Assembly (NCBI GenBank): GCA_047602425.1
Contig: JASGHG010000001.1
Location: 2,816,001-2,880,000, forward strand
Origin: Nibricoccus sp.
GTDB lineage: Bacteria > Verrucomicrobiota > Verrucomicrobiia > Opitutales > Opitutaceae
Length of the DNA stretch: 64,000 nt
Reading direction: 5' to 3'
Below, piece after piece: positions 38,856 through 48,620 of this stretch (the stretch's first letter is position 1; every line of letters begins with the position of its first letter). The translations under genes and the position numbers were made by a program. Below the pieces are notes generated by a model. It ran no database searches, had not been told where the DNA came from, and saw only the letters and a list, made by a program, of their open reading frames with translations.

Positions 38856-41800
38856 ATGAAAAATCCGCTTTCCGGCTGGTTGAACGTCCCTGTGTTTTTG
38901 CTCACGAGTGCGCTTGTGAGCAGCGCTGCGCCGCTGACGTTGACCATTCCGGAGCCTACTGCGCCCACGGGCGGTTATTTTAAAATGGGCACCGCCAAGC
39001 GTCCCGATGGCCGCGAACTTACGGTCGACAGCCAGAGCCTGCGACTCGACGGCAAGCCTTGGGTGACGGTGATGGGCGAGTTTCATTATTCGCGTTACCC
39101 GCAAAACGAGTGGCGCGACGAACTGCTCAAGATGCGCGCGGGCGGCATCGACATCGTGGCGACGTACGTTTTCTGGATTCACCACGAAGAGGAAGAGGGG
39201 GTATTCGACTGGTCCGGGCGGCGCGATTTGCGAAAATTCGTCGAGACGGCGCGCGAAGCCGGTTTGGCGGTGGTGGTGCGTTGTGGTCCTTGGTGCCATG
39301 GTGAAGTTCGCAATGGCGGGTTGCCCGACTGGATTTTGAAAAAGGGCTGCAAGGTCCGCTCCGACGACCCGGTATACCTCGAAAAAGCCCGCGCGCTTTA
39401 CGCGCAAATCTCCCGACAGCTCAAAGGTCTGCTTTGGAAGGACGGCGGACCTGTCGTGGCCGTGCAATTGGAAAATGAATACGGCGGTCCGGCCGAGCAC
39501 TTGATGACGTTGAAAGGAATTGCGCGCGACGTCGGCCTCGACACGCCGTTTTATACCCGCACCGGCTGGCCGAACCTTCGTACACCGGCACCGCTCGGCG
39601 AACTCCTCCCGCTTTACGGATCCTATGCCGACGGGTTCTGGCACGGAGAAATCACGCCGATGCCAAAGAACGATTGGGATCGATTTCTTTTTCCCGCGAC
39701 GCGGGTCGATACCGGAATCGGTGCCGATCTGCTCGGCGCGCAGAAGGCGGGCGACGCGTCCGATACGTTGAAATATCCATTCCTGACGTGCGAACTGGGC
39801 GGCGGCATGGCCAACTCTTATCACCGTCGTGTGCTGGTCGATCCGCGCGACATCGAGACAATCGCTCTCCTCCATGTCGGAGCGGGCAGCAATCTGCCGG
39901 GTTACTACATGTACCATGGGGGAACCAATCCTGAGGGGAAACTGAGTTCTTTGCAGGAGTCGATCGCGACGAACTACCCGAACGATTTGCCGGTAAAAAC
40001 CTACGATTTCCAGGCGCCGCTCGGCGAATACGGCCAGACGCGTCCGCACTACCACAGGCTGCGCCGGTTGCATCTTTTCCTGCGCGATTTCGGCGCGGAA
40101 CTGGCCGGTATGACGCCAGTGTTGCCGAGTGAACGTCCGAAGGGTCGCGAAGATTTGGCTACGTTGCGCTGGTCGGTGCGCTCCGATGGCAAAAGCGGTT
40201 TTGTTTTTGTGAACAACTATCAGCGCCTCCAGCCGATGCAGGCGAAGCCCGGCGTGCAATTTGCGCTGACGCTGCCCGGCGGCAGCTCCGTGACATTCCC
40301 CGACCAACCGGTGACGGTGCCGGCGGACCACGCATTTTTCTGGCCGTTCAACTTCGACCTTGGCGGCGCGGTGCTGAGCTATGCCACGGCCCAGCCGCTC
40401 TGCAAAGTCGACGCGGGCGATCTGCGCACGGTGTTTTTCGTACAAACGCCCGGTGTGCCGACGGAGTTTGTCTTCCCGAACGAGGGGCTGTCGATACAGG
40501 CTGTTTTGGGAAAACTCACGAAAGAGCAGAACCGCACACGCATTGCGAACGTTGCGACCGGTCTGGGGGCGTCCATTCGCCTGATCAACAAGGTCGGCCA
40601 GGTCTTCCAGATCGTGGTTCTCGATGAAACCGATTCGCTCGCGCTCTGGAAAGGCCGCTGGCAGGGACGCGACTGCGCGTTTTTCACCCGAGCCGATCTG
40701 ATCGTCGAAAAAGACGCGCTGCGCATCGCTTCGAGCGACGCCACACAACGGTCAATTGCGATTTTGCCCGCGCCTGCCGAACTGGAAGCCAGCGGTAAAA
40801 AAATCGGAGGCGAGTCGCAGGGCGTTTTTCGGACATTCAAGTTTGAAACCTCTTCGGTCGTGCCTGCCGCTTCGTGCGCAGTCGAGCGCCTTCGTCCGCC
40901 CGGCAAAGCGCGCGAAATTCCATTCAACACCGCGAAAAAACCCGTTGCAATGGCGCCAGTCGAAGCCGACTACACCGAGGCGGGCGTCTGGCGCCTCACT
41001 TTGCCGGCGGGCGTGGATTTTTCACGCAACCCGCTTTTGCGGTTACACTACGTGGGCGACGTCGCACGGATCACGCTCAACGGGCGCCTCATCACTGATC
41101 AGTACTACAACGGCGTTGAATTCGATCTCGGCTTGAACCGTCACTTGCCGGAGATCGACGGCGGCGAACTGAAATTGGAAATTCTTCCGCTGAAAAAGGA
41201 CGCGCCAATTTACCTCGCCGAGTCGGCGAAACCGGATTTTGGCAACGTTGAAAGTATCGCGGCGCTAACCGGCGTTGAAATCGTTTATCGCGACGAGGTC
41301 CGCTTCACGCCGGTAAAAGACAGCGCATCCAAGGCTACCGATCAGGCGTTTGCCAATCCGCTCGTGCGGCAGCGTGCCGATCCATTTGTTATGCGCCACA
41401 CCGATGGCAATTATTACTTCATCGCCACCGCGCCGGAATTCGACCGCATTGAGCTTCGCCGCGCGCCGACAATCGCCGGGCTGGGCAAAGCCGAACCGAT
41501 TGTTATATGGAAGAAGAAGGCGAGCGGGCCGATGAGCAGCTACATTTGGGCGCCTGAATTGCATTTTATCGATGGGAAGTGGTACATTTATTTCGCCGCG
41601 GGCGGCCTCGAAAAAGAGTGGGGGATTCGCATCTACACGCTCGAAAACGCCTCGGCCGATCCATTCTCCGCCACCTGGGTTGAGAAAGGCCAGTTCAAGA
41701 CCGGCTGGGAGGCATTTGCACTCGATGCCACGACGTTCACGCATCGTGGCAAACGCTATTTCGTCTGGGCGCAGCAGGACAAAGCGATCAAGGGCAACAC

Positions 41801-42305
41801 GAACCTTTACATTGCGGAAATGGACACGCCGACCAGCATTGTTGGCAAACCTGTGATGCTCTCCAAACCGGATTTGCCGTGGGAGCAGATTCTATACTGG
41901 GTCAACGAAGGTCCGGCTGTGCTCAAGAAAAACGGCCGCATTTTTCTCACCTACTCGGCGAGCGGAACCGATGCGAACTATTGCATGGGCATGCTCACCG
42001 CCTCGGAAAACAGCGACCTGCTCGATCCGAAATCGTGGACGAAATCGCCCGAGCCGGTTTTCCGCACCGACGCCTCGGCCGGTCAGTACGGACCTGGACA
42101 CAATAGTTTTACGGTCATGCCGGACGGTACGACAGACGTGATGGTTTACCACGCGCGCAATTACGAAAAGATCGTTGGCAACCCGCTGCGCGATCCCAAC
42201 CGCCATGCCCGGGCGCAGGTCGTTCATTGGAAGCCCGATGGTACGCCGGATTTTGGCCGCCCGGTGCCCGACGTGCCGCCTGCGCTCGAACCCGAATTGT
42301 TTTAA
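38856..42305 (+). CDS. GH35 beta-galactosidase fused to C-terminal GH43 (arabinofuranosidase-like)
   Basis: GEFHYSR, TYVFWIHHE, QLENEY, CELGGG, YMYHGGTN; then QRADPF, WAPELH, NEGP, GPGHNSF. Confidence 0.9.
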   Translation: MKNPLSGWLNVPVFLLTSALVSSAAPLTLTIPEPTAPTGGYFKMGTAKRPDGRELTVDSQSLRLDGKPWVTVMGEFHYSRYPQNEWRDELLKMRAGGIDIVATYVFWIHHEEEEGVFDWSGRRDLRKFVETAREAGLAVVVRCGPWCHGEVRNGGLPDWILKKGCKVRSDDPVYLEKARALYAQISRQLKGLLWKDGGPVVAVQLENEYGGPAEHLMTLKGIARDVGLDTPFYTRTGWPNLRTPAPLGELLPLYGSYADGFWHGEITPMPKNDWDRFLFPATRVDTGIGADLLGAQKAGDASDTLKYPFLTCELGGGMANSYHRRVLVDPRDIETIALLHVGAGSNLPGYYMYHGGTNPEGKLSSLQESIATNYPNDLPVKTYDFQAPLGEYGQTRPHYHRLRRLHLFLRDFGAELAGMTPVLPSERPKGREDLATLRWSVRSDGKSGFVFVNNYQRLQPMQAKPGVQFALTLPGGSSVTFPDQPVTVPADHAFFWPFNFDLGGAVLSYATAQPLCKVDAGDLRTVFFVQTPGVPTEFVFPNEGLSIQAVLGKLTKEQNRTRIANVATGLGASIRLINKVGQVFQIVVLDETDSLALWKGRWQGRDCAFFTRADLIVEKDALRIASSDATQRSIAILPAPAELEASGKKIGGESQGVFRTFKFETSSVVPAASCAVERLRPPGKAREIPFNTAKKPVAMAPVEADYTEAGVWRLTLPAGVDFSRNPLLRLHYVGDVARITLNGRLITDQYYNGVEFDLGLNRHLPEIDGGELKLEILPLKKDAPIYLAESAKPDFGNVESIAALTGVEIVYRDEVRFTPVKDSASKATDQAFANPLVRQRADPFVMRHTDGNYYFIATAPEFDRIELRRAPTIAGLGKAEPIVIWKKKASGPMSSYIWAPELHFIDGKWYIYFAAGGLEKEWGIRIYTLENASADPFSATWVEKGQFKTGWEAFALDATTFTHRGKRYFVWAQQDKAIKGNTNLYIAEMDTPTSIVGKPVMLSKPDLPWEQILYWVNEGPAVLKKNGRIFLTYSASGTDANYCMGMLTASENSDLLDPKSWTKSPEPVFRTDASAGQYGPGHNSFTVMPDGTTDVMVYHARNYEKIVGNPLRDPNRHARAQVVHWKPDGTPDFGRPVPDVPPALEPELF

Positions 42306-42341
42306 CGAACCTGTTGCCATTATCTAATCTCCTATTCTGCA

Positions 42342-44507
42342 ATGAATCTCGACACCGAACTCACCCGCCGTTCCGCAATCAAGATCCTCACCACGGCCGC
42401 CGCCGGTTTGTCGACGATGAAGCTGCCGGTCGGCGCCGTTCCCGCAACCAATTCCTCAACCCAACCCTCAGCTGGATCGCGCCCCATCGGCGCACCGCTT
42501 CCTCCCATGAAAGGTCTCTATCACGGCGCCGCCTACTATCCCGAGCTCTGGCCCGACTCACAGATTGACGAGGACATCGCGATCATGCGCGAGGTCGGCA
42601 TCAACGTTGTGCGCATGGGCGAATTCGCCTGGTCGAAGATGGAACCCGACGAGGGGCGCATCTCGCTCGATTACTTTGTACACGTGATGGACAAGCTTCA
42701 CGCTGCTGGCATTGCCACGGTTTTTTGCACGCCCACGCCTACGCCGCCGATCTGGCTCACGCATGGCCATCCGGAACGTTGCTATGTCAATGCCGATGGC
42801 GTCACAATGGTTCACGGCGCACGCCAGCACGCGAGCACCGATCATCCTGACGTGCAGGCGGCTTGTTGGAAGATCGTTGAAGCTTGTGCCAAGGCGGTGG
42901 GTCGGCATCCGGGCCTTGTCGCCTGGCAGACGGACAATGAATTCAAATGCCATGTGCAGGAGGATTTCAGCGAGGCCTCGGTGGCGGCCTGGCACAAGTG
43001 GCTCGAACGCCGCTATGGCACAATCGAGAAACTCAATGACGCGTGGGGAACCGAGATCTGGAGCCAACGTTACCAGCGCTTCGATCAGGTGCCCGCACCG
43101 CGCAAGACGCCTTTCACGCACAATCCTTCGCTCAGCACGGCGTACCTGCAATTTTCCCGCGATGCCATTGCGGAGTTTCAAGCCGAGCAGTGCAGGATTA
43201 TTCGGAAACACTCAGCGGCGCCAATCACGCACAATTTCAGTCTCGGCTTCGCCGTGAGCTTCGAGCGCATGTGCGAGGATTTGGATTTCGCGTCATTCGA
43301 CAACTACTCGCCAAGCGACAAGTACAACATCATCGTCATGAACTGCGACCTGTACCGGGCGGCCAAGCCGGGACGGCCGTTCTGGGTCATGGAGACGAGT
43401 TGCACGCACAATGGTTGGCTCAAGAGCTATGAGACACCGCACCCCCCGGGTTATTTGGTCGCGGAGGCGGTCGCTTGCTACGGCCTCGGCGCCGAGGCGT
43501 TTTGCTATTGGCTCTGGCGTCAACAACACACTGGTTGTGAACTTCCACACAGCGCGGTGATCAGTGCGTGGGGAAAACCCAGCATCGGCTTCGAGGCTGT
43601 GAAGAACGTTGAAAAAGCCCGCCGCGCGCTGCTGCCGCTGCTGGAGGCGACGGCTCCCGCGCCCGCCGAAGCTGCGCTCACGTGGTCGGACCGGGGAAAG
43701 ACATTTTTGCTAACCGAGCCTTTGGGAGAAAATGCAACCTACAAACTTGACTTCCGCCAGCAAATGTCGGCCTGGCACGAGCGGCTGATCGATGCCGGTC
43801 TGCCGCGCGATGTGCGTTTCGAAAACGCCTCGCTCGACGGACTGAAACTACTCGTCACACCGCTCATGCCCCATGTGAGCGACTCGTTTCGCGAGCGCGT
43901 GAAAGCGTTTGTCGAGCGCGGCGGCATCTGGATCTGCGGTCCCCTTACTGGCACGCGTACGGTTGAACATACGGTGCCGACCGATGCAGGCCTTGGCGCG
44001 CTCGATGCCCTCGCCGGTGTGGAAACGGTCTTCAGTTTCCCGGTGACCGGAGCGAATGCAACCGGGGAATTCCAAGGCGTCAAAGCTCCGCTCAGCGGCT
44101 GGTGCCACGCGTTTCGCCCGACGCACGCCGACACGAAAGTCGTTGGTGCGCTCAATTGCGATCTGGCGCCCGGTCTCGCGTTAATCACCGAACGCAAACT
44201 CGGACGCGGCGCTATCGTCATGCTCGGCGCGCAGCCGCAAGGCGACGAGGGAGCCGTGCTGCTTACGAAACTCCTTGCGCACTATGCCACGCAAGCCGGT
44301 GCAAACCGCATCGCCGCCAGCAAGGGCACGCTCGTCTGCCCGCGCGTTGCCAAGGATGGCCGAGTGCTTTGGCTCGCGGTCAATCTCGACGGCAAGGGCG
44401 GACAGGTCGAACTTCCTCGCACCGCCAAAGATTGCCTTTCCGGCGCATCCCTTGCCGCTGGTCCGCTAAAGTTAGCGCGTTACGAGCATCGCGCCGTTTG
44501 GCTCTGA
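42342..44507 (+). CDS. GH42 beta-galactosidase with Tat-like leader
   Basis: TRRSAI; GAAYYPELW, VRMGEFAWS, WQTDNE, LNDAWGT, FWVMET. Confidence 0.9.
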   Translation: MNLDTELTRRSAIKILTTAAAGLSTMKLPVGAVPATNSSTQPSAGSRPIGAPLPPMKGLYHGAAYYPELWPDSQIDEDIAIMREVGINVVRMGEFAWSKMEPDEGRISLDYFVHVMDKLHAAGIATVFCTPTPTPPIWLTHGHPERCYVNADGVTMVHGARQHASTDHPDVQAACWKIVEACAKAVGRHPGLVAWQTDNEFKCHVQEDFSEASVAAWHKWLERRYGTIEKLNDAWGTEIWSQRYQRFDQVPAPRKTPFTHNPSLSTAYLQFSRDAIAEFQAEQCRIIRKHSAAPITHNFSLGFAVSFERMCEDLDFASFDNYSPSDKYNIIVMNCDLYRAAKPGRPFWVMETSCTHNGWLKSYETPHPPGYLVAEAVACYGLGAEAFCYWLWRQQHTGCELPHSAVISAWGKPSIGFEAVKNVEKARRALLPLLEATAPAPAEAALTWSDRGKTFLLTEPLGENATYKLDFRQQMSAWHERLIDAGLPRDVRFENASLDGLKLLVTPLMPHVSDSFRERVKAFVERGGIWICGPLTGTRTVEHTVPTDAGLGALDALAGVETVFSFPVTGANATGEFQGVKAPLSGWCHAFRPTHADTKVVGALNCDLAPGLALITERKLGRGAIVMLGAQPQGDEGAVLLTKLLAHYATQAGANRIAASKGTLVCPRVAKDGRVLWLAVNLDGKGGQVELPRTAKDCLSGASLAAGPLKLARYEHRAVWL

Positions 44508-44540
44508 TAATCTATTCGTTTTCCGCCCATATCTCATCTT

Positions 44541-46112
44541 ATGAAAACTACCCTCAAATACGCCTGGCTCTGCATCGCTTCGGCTGGTTTGGCTCTGCTG
44601 GCCACCGCCCAAACTACTGCTCCCGCCCAAAAAACCGAGGCCACGCTGCGTGCCGACCAGCCTGGTCCCGTCATCAGTAAAAACATCTACGGGCAATTTG
44701 CCGAACACCTTGGTCGTTGCATTTACGAAGGCATCTGGGTTGGTCCCGATTCCACCATCCCCAACACTCGCGGCTATCGCAACGATGTGGTTGAAGCGTT
44801 GAAGAAACTGGCTGTGCCGCAATTGCGCTGGCCGGGCGGTTGTTTCGCCGACGAGTATCATTGGAAGGACGGCATTGGTCCGCGTGAAAAACGTCCTTCC
44901 ATCTACAATTCCCATTGGGGTGGCGTCGTGGAGAATAATCACTTCGGCACGCACGAGTTTCTCGATTTCTGCGAGCTCATTGGTACCGAACCATATGTCT
45001 GCCTCAATGTCGGCAGCGGCACCGTGCAGGAAGCGATGGAATGGGTGGAGTATATGACGTCCGACGCGACTTCTCCGATGGCAAACCTGCGCCGCGCCAA
45101 CGGTCGCGAGAAGCCTTGGAAAGTTCCCTTCTTCGCGGTCGGCAACGAAAGCTGGGGCTGCGGCGGCAACATGCGTCCCGAATTCTATGCGGACAATTAC
45201 CGTCGTTATAACACCTTCGTGAAAAATTACAGTGGCGCGAAGTCCTATCGCGTCGCGGGCGGTCCTAACTCCAGCGATTACAATTGGACTGAAGTGCTGA
45301 TGTCTGTCGCCGGAAAACAAATGAACGGCCTTTCGCTGCACTACTACACCCTGCCGACGGGCAGCTGGCGCGGCTCTAAAGGAAAATCCACCGGCTTTGG
45401 CGAAGATCAATGGTTCGCCACCATGGTGCAGACGCTCAAGATGGAAGAAATGCTGACGAAACACATCGCCATCATGGATCGCCACGATCCCGAAAAGAAA
45501 GTCGGGCTCGTCGTCGATGAATGGGGTACTTGGTATGACGAGGAGCCCGGTACGAAGGCGGGGTTCCTCTATCAGCAAAATACGATTCGCGATGCCATCG
45601 TTGCCGGCATCAATCTGCATCTCTTCCACAAGCAGGCCGATCGCGTGACGATGGCCAACATCGCGCAGATGATCAACGTGCTTCAGGCCATGATACTGAC
45701 CGACAAGGAAAAGATGATCCTCACGCCGACTTATCACGTCTTCGAGATGTATAAACCGCACCAGGACGCTACCTACCTACCGGTTGAACTCTCTTCTCCG
45801 ACCTACACGTTTGGAGGAAAATCGATTCCTGCGGTCAGCGCCTCGGCCTCGCGTGACAAGGCCGGCCTCGTGCACCTCTCGCTTGTCAATTGCGAGCCGA
45901 ACAACGCGCACGTTGTCTCGGTTAAACTCGCCGGCCTGACTGCCAAAGGCGTTACCGGTCGCCTCCTGACCGCACCTGCAATGGACAGCCACAACACCTT
46001 CGCCGAACCAAATGTCGTGCACCCCGTCGCCTTCACCGGCGCGACGTTGAAGGGCGACACGCTCGAAATCGCGCTCCCCGCGAAGTCCGTCGTGATGCTC
46101 GAACTGAAATAG
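44541..46112 (+). CDS. abfA: GH51 alpha-L-arabinofuranosidase
   Basis: [48 protein letters not shown]. Confidence 0.93.
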   Translation: MKTTLKYAWLCIASAGLALLATAQTTAPAQKTEATLRADQPGPVISKNIYGQFAEHLGRCIYEGIWVGPDSTIPNTRGYRNDVVEALKKLAVPQLRWPGGCFADEYHWKDGIGPREKRPSIYNSHWGGVVENNHFGTHEFLDFCELIGTEPYVCLNVGSGTVQEAMEWVEYMTSDATSPMANLRRANGREKPWKVPFFAVGNESWGCGGNMRPEFYADNYRRYNTFVKNYSGAKSYRVAGGPNSSDYNWTEVLMSVAGKQMNGLSLHYYTLPTGSWRGSKGKSTGFGEDQWFATMVQTLKMEEMLTKHIAIMDRHDPEKKVGLVVDEWGTWYDEEPGTKAGFLYQQNTIRDAIVAGINLHLFHKQADRVTMANIAQMINVLQAMILTDKEKMILTPTYHVFEMYKPHQDATYLPVELSSPTYTFGGKSIPAVSASASRDKAGLVHLSLVNCEPNNAHVVSVKLAGLTAKGVTGRLLTAPAMDSHNTFAEPNVVHPVAFTGATLKGDTLEIALPAKSVVMLELK

Positions 46113-46138
46113 CTCTGATCTCAAATATTTCTCTTAGC

Positions 46139-46167
46139 AAAGCCGGGGATTTTTCCCCGGCTTTTTT
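46139..46167 (+). terminator. Intrinsic terminator
   Basis: AAGCCGGGGA-TTT-TCCCCGGCTT followed by T run. Confidence 0.85.
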
Positions 46168-46234
46168 CCTTTTCTTCAGAACACCGCAAATCGGAAACTC
46201 CCCGCCCCAAAATATGCGACACTCAACCGGCAAC

Positions 46235-46255
46235 TTGTCACGTAATACGTGACAA
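46235..46255. repeat. Perfect 21-bp palindrome
   Basis: TTGTCACGTA-A-TACGTGACAA. Confidence 0.7.
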
Positions 46256-46344
46256 ACGGTTTGGAATATTTCCAAATGGGTGCGGATAGCGAAAGCGGTG
46301 CTATCGCTGGAAAACGGTAGCGAGAGCAGAGCCCGGCGACGGAG

Positions 46345-47097
46345 TTACAGCCGGTTGATGTTGCTGGCGGCGCAAGCGGCGCCGAAACCGTTGTCGATGT
46401 TTACGACAGTAATTCCAGGAGCACAACTATTGAGCATCGCCAGCAAGGCGGCCAAGCCGCCGAAACTGGCGCCATAACCAATGCTGGTCGGTACTGCGAT
46501 GATCGGCTTGCTGACCAAGCCGCCCAGGACGCTCGGCAACGCGCCTTCCATACCGGCCACGGCAATAATGGCGCGGGCATCGCGGATGATTTCGAGGCGG
46601 TTCATCAGCCGATGCAGTCCGGCGACTCCGACGTCGTAAATTCGTTCGACGCGGTTGCCGAATACTTCGGCAGTGATTGCGGCTTCCTCGGCGACGGGTA
46701 GGTCGGAGGTGCCGGCGGCTACGACGGCGATATAGTTCTTAGGCGTTTCTGATGGTTTTTCTAGTCGGCGGACGATGGTGCGTGAAGTCGGGTCATGCAC
46801 GAGTGCGGGCGAAAGATCTTTTGCCGCTTCCCAGTGCGAGGGTTCCGCCCGAGTAGCGAGAATGGGGCTTACACCTTTGAGCATGCGTTCAAGAATGCCA
46901 CGGACCTGTGAAGGTGTTTTGCCGGCGCAGTAAATCACTTCAGGATGGCCGGTGCGAAGTTCGCGGTGCGAATCAAGTTGCGCGTAGCCACCGACAAAGG
47001 CCGAGGGAAAATCCTTCAGCTCTCCGAGTGCGGCCGTGAGATCGGTTTCCCCGCGGCGATAACGTTCGAGAATTTGGGAGAGCGTTTCGCGGTTCAT
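46345..47097 (-). CDS. larB: Nickel pincer cofactor biosynthesis protein LarB
   Basis: PEVIYCAGKT, AGTSDLPVAEEA, DVGVAGLHRL, AGMEGAL, PTSIGYG, MLNSC, VNIDNGFGA. Confidence 0.95.
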   Translation of the reverse strand: MNRETLSQILERYRRGETDLTAALGELKDFPSAFVGGYAQLDSHRELRTGHPEVIYCAGKTPSQVRGILERMLKGVSPILATRAEPSHWEAAKDLSPALVHDPTSRTIVRRLEKPSETPKNYIAVVAAGTSDLPVAEEAAITAEVFGNRVERIYDVGVAGLHRLMNRLEIIRDARAIIAVAGMEGALPSVLGGLVSKPIIAVPTSIGYGASFGGLAALLAMLNSCAPGITVVNIDNGFGAACAASNINRL

Positions 47098-47166
47098 TTG
47101 GTGTCAGGTTGAATGGTTCGTTTGTAGGAGCGGCTTTAGGCCGCGATGGTTTTATCAAACTCCGGC

Positions 47167-47294
47167 ATTTTGCACAGAAGGTGACAAAGGGAACGAAGAG
47201 TGGGTGAGGGTTTCCTTATCCAAGTCTCAGAGCTTGGAAGTTTGAATTTTAGGAGTCAGCGGCGCTTCGTTGCCTTCGTGTGCTTCTGTAAAAT
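47167..47294. repeat. Complete 9-nt-period palindromic intergenic element
   Basis: ATTTTGCACAGAAGGTGACAAAGGGAACGAAG ... CTTCGTTGCCTTCGTGTGCTTCTGTAAAAT. Confidence 0.7.
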
Positions 47295-47321
47295 GCTGGA
47301 GGGATCGCCTGCAAGTAGGTC

Positions 47322-48620
47322 CTACACTTTGCGGCGGGCGATTTCAGCGAGCACGGCCTGTTCAACTTCGCGTAGCGGGAGGCCGCGTTCCGTGGCGATG
47401 CGGCGCAGGTCGTCATGTTCGGGTTTGCTCTTGATCGCGCGACCGTCGAGCGAGCCAGTCTTCACGCGCACGGGACCGAAGGACGTTGCGATTTCCTCAA
47501 CGCTGCGGTCGAGCATGATCTTGCTGACTTCGCGGCGACGGAGGCCAAGCGTGGTGGTTTCACGAAGAAAAACATCGGTGATGGCTGCTTCGCGTTCGGG
47601 CAGACAGAGCGCGGAAAGCATCATGGCCGGGCGCGATTTTTTCATGAGGATGGGTGTGATCCATGCGTCGCTCGCGCCGGAGGCGAGCAGGCGTTCAAGA
47701 ACGTAGCCGGCGGTTTCGCCGGTCATATCGTCGATGTTGCATTCCAAAACGACGGCGGTGGCGCGGTCTTTATTAGCGGGAGTGGCTGGTGCGGCAATTG
47801 TGGCGGTTTCACGTGTGGCGAGAAAAACGCGCAGGAGATTTGGAATGGGACCATCTTTGTGACCGATGCCGTAGCCCACGCGCTCGATGGAAAAATCCAT
47901 CGTGTTGGTGAAGCCATCGGCACTGGCGACCAGAATGGCCGCGCCGGTGGGCGTGGTGGCTTCAAAGGGGACCGTGCCGGCCCGGACCGGAGCGCCGCGC
48001 AAAATATCCGAAGTGGCCGGAGCGGGCACAGGTAAACGACCATGGGCGCATTTCACGAAACCGCTGCCGAGTTCCACCGTTGAAACATGGATGCGATCGG
48101 GCTTAAGCCAGTCGAGCGCGATCGCTGCACCGACGATATCGATGATCGAATCGATGGCGCCGACTTCGTGAAATGCGACGTCGTCGACGGACATGCCGTG
48201 GATTTTTGCTTCGGCGCGCGCGAGACAAGCGAAAATAGCAAGTGCCCGGCGTTTCGCGCCAGCGCTGATACTGCTGCGCTCGATCAATGCCACGATGTCG
48301 GCATGGGCGCGATGTTCATGGGGTTGGACGTCGTGTCCGTGTTGGTGCGGATGCGGGTGCGGGTGAGGTTTGGGGCTGGATGTTGGTTGGGCCGATGGCG
48401 CGGCGAGATGGCTTCCGTCGGCAAGGATCACGTCGGCGCGCGTGCCGCCGATGCCTTTGCGGGCGTCGCGGGTAAACTGCAATTTCCAACCATCGAGGCC
48501 GAGTTTGTTGAGTTCTTTTTCGAGGTAATCGGCTGGCACGCCCAAATCGACCATGGCACCCAGATGCATGTCGCCCGAGATGCCGGCGGAGCAGTCGTAG
48601 TAGAGAATGCGTTCAGCCAT
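47322..48620 (-). CDS. larC: Nickel insertase LarC
   Basis: DCSAGISGDM, His-rich insert, HEVGAIDSIIDIVG, PVPAPAT, TPTGAA, ECNIDD, MKKSRP, ETTTLG. Confidence 0.95.
   Translation of the reverse strand: MAERILYYDCSAGISGDMHLGAMVDLGVPADYLEKELNKLGLDGWKLQFTRDARKGIGGTRADVILADGSHLAAPSAQPTSSPKPHPHPHPHQHGHDVQPHEHRAHADIVALIERSSISAGAKRRALAIFACLARAEAKIHGMSVDDVAFHEVGAIDSIIDIVGAAIALDWLKPDRIHVSTVELGSGFVKCAHGRLPVPAPATSDILRGAPVRAGTVPFEATTPTGAAILVASADGFTNTMDFSIERVGYGIGHKDGPIPNLLRVFLATRETATIAAPATPANKDRATAVVLECNIDDMTGETAGYVLERLLASGASDAWITPILMKKSRPAMMLSALCLPEREAAITDVFLRETTTLGLRRREVSKIMLDRSVEEIATSFGPVRVKTGSLDGRAIKSKPEHDDLRRIATERGLPLREVEQAVLAEIARRKV

Noticed and set aside
38790..40748. 652-aa minus-strand ORF
   Set aside because: Antisense to the GH35 domain; no recognisable domain
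47322..48620. Programmed frameshift in larC, as in Lactobacillus larC1/C2
   Set aside because: Single continuous ORF covers both domains
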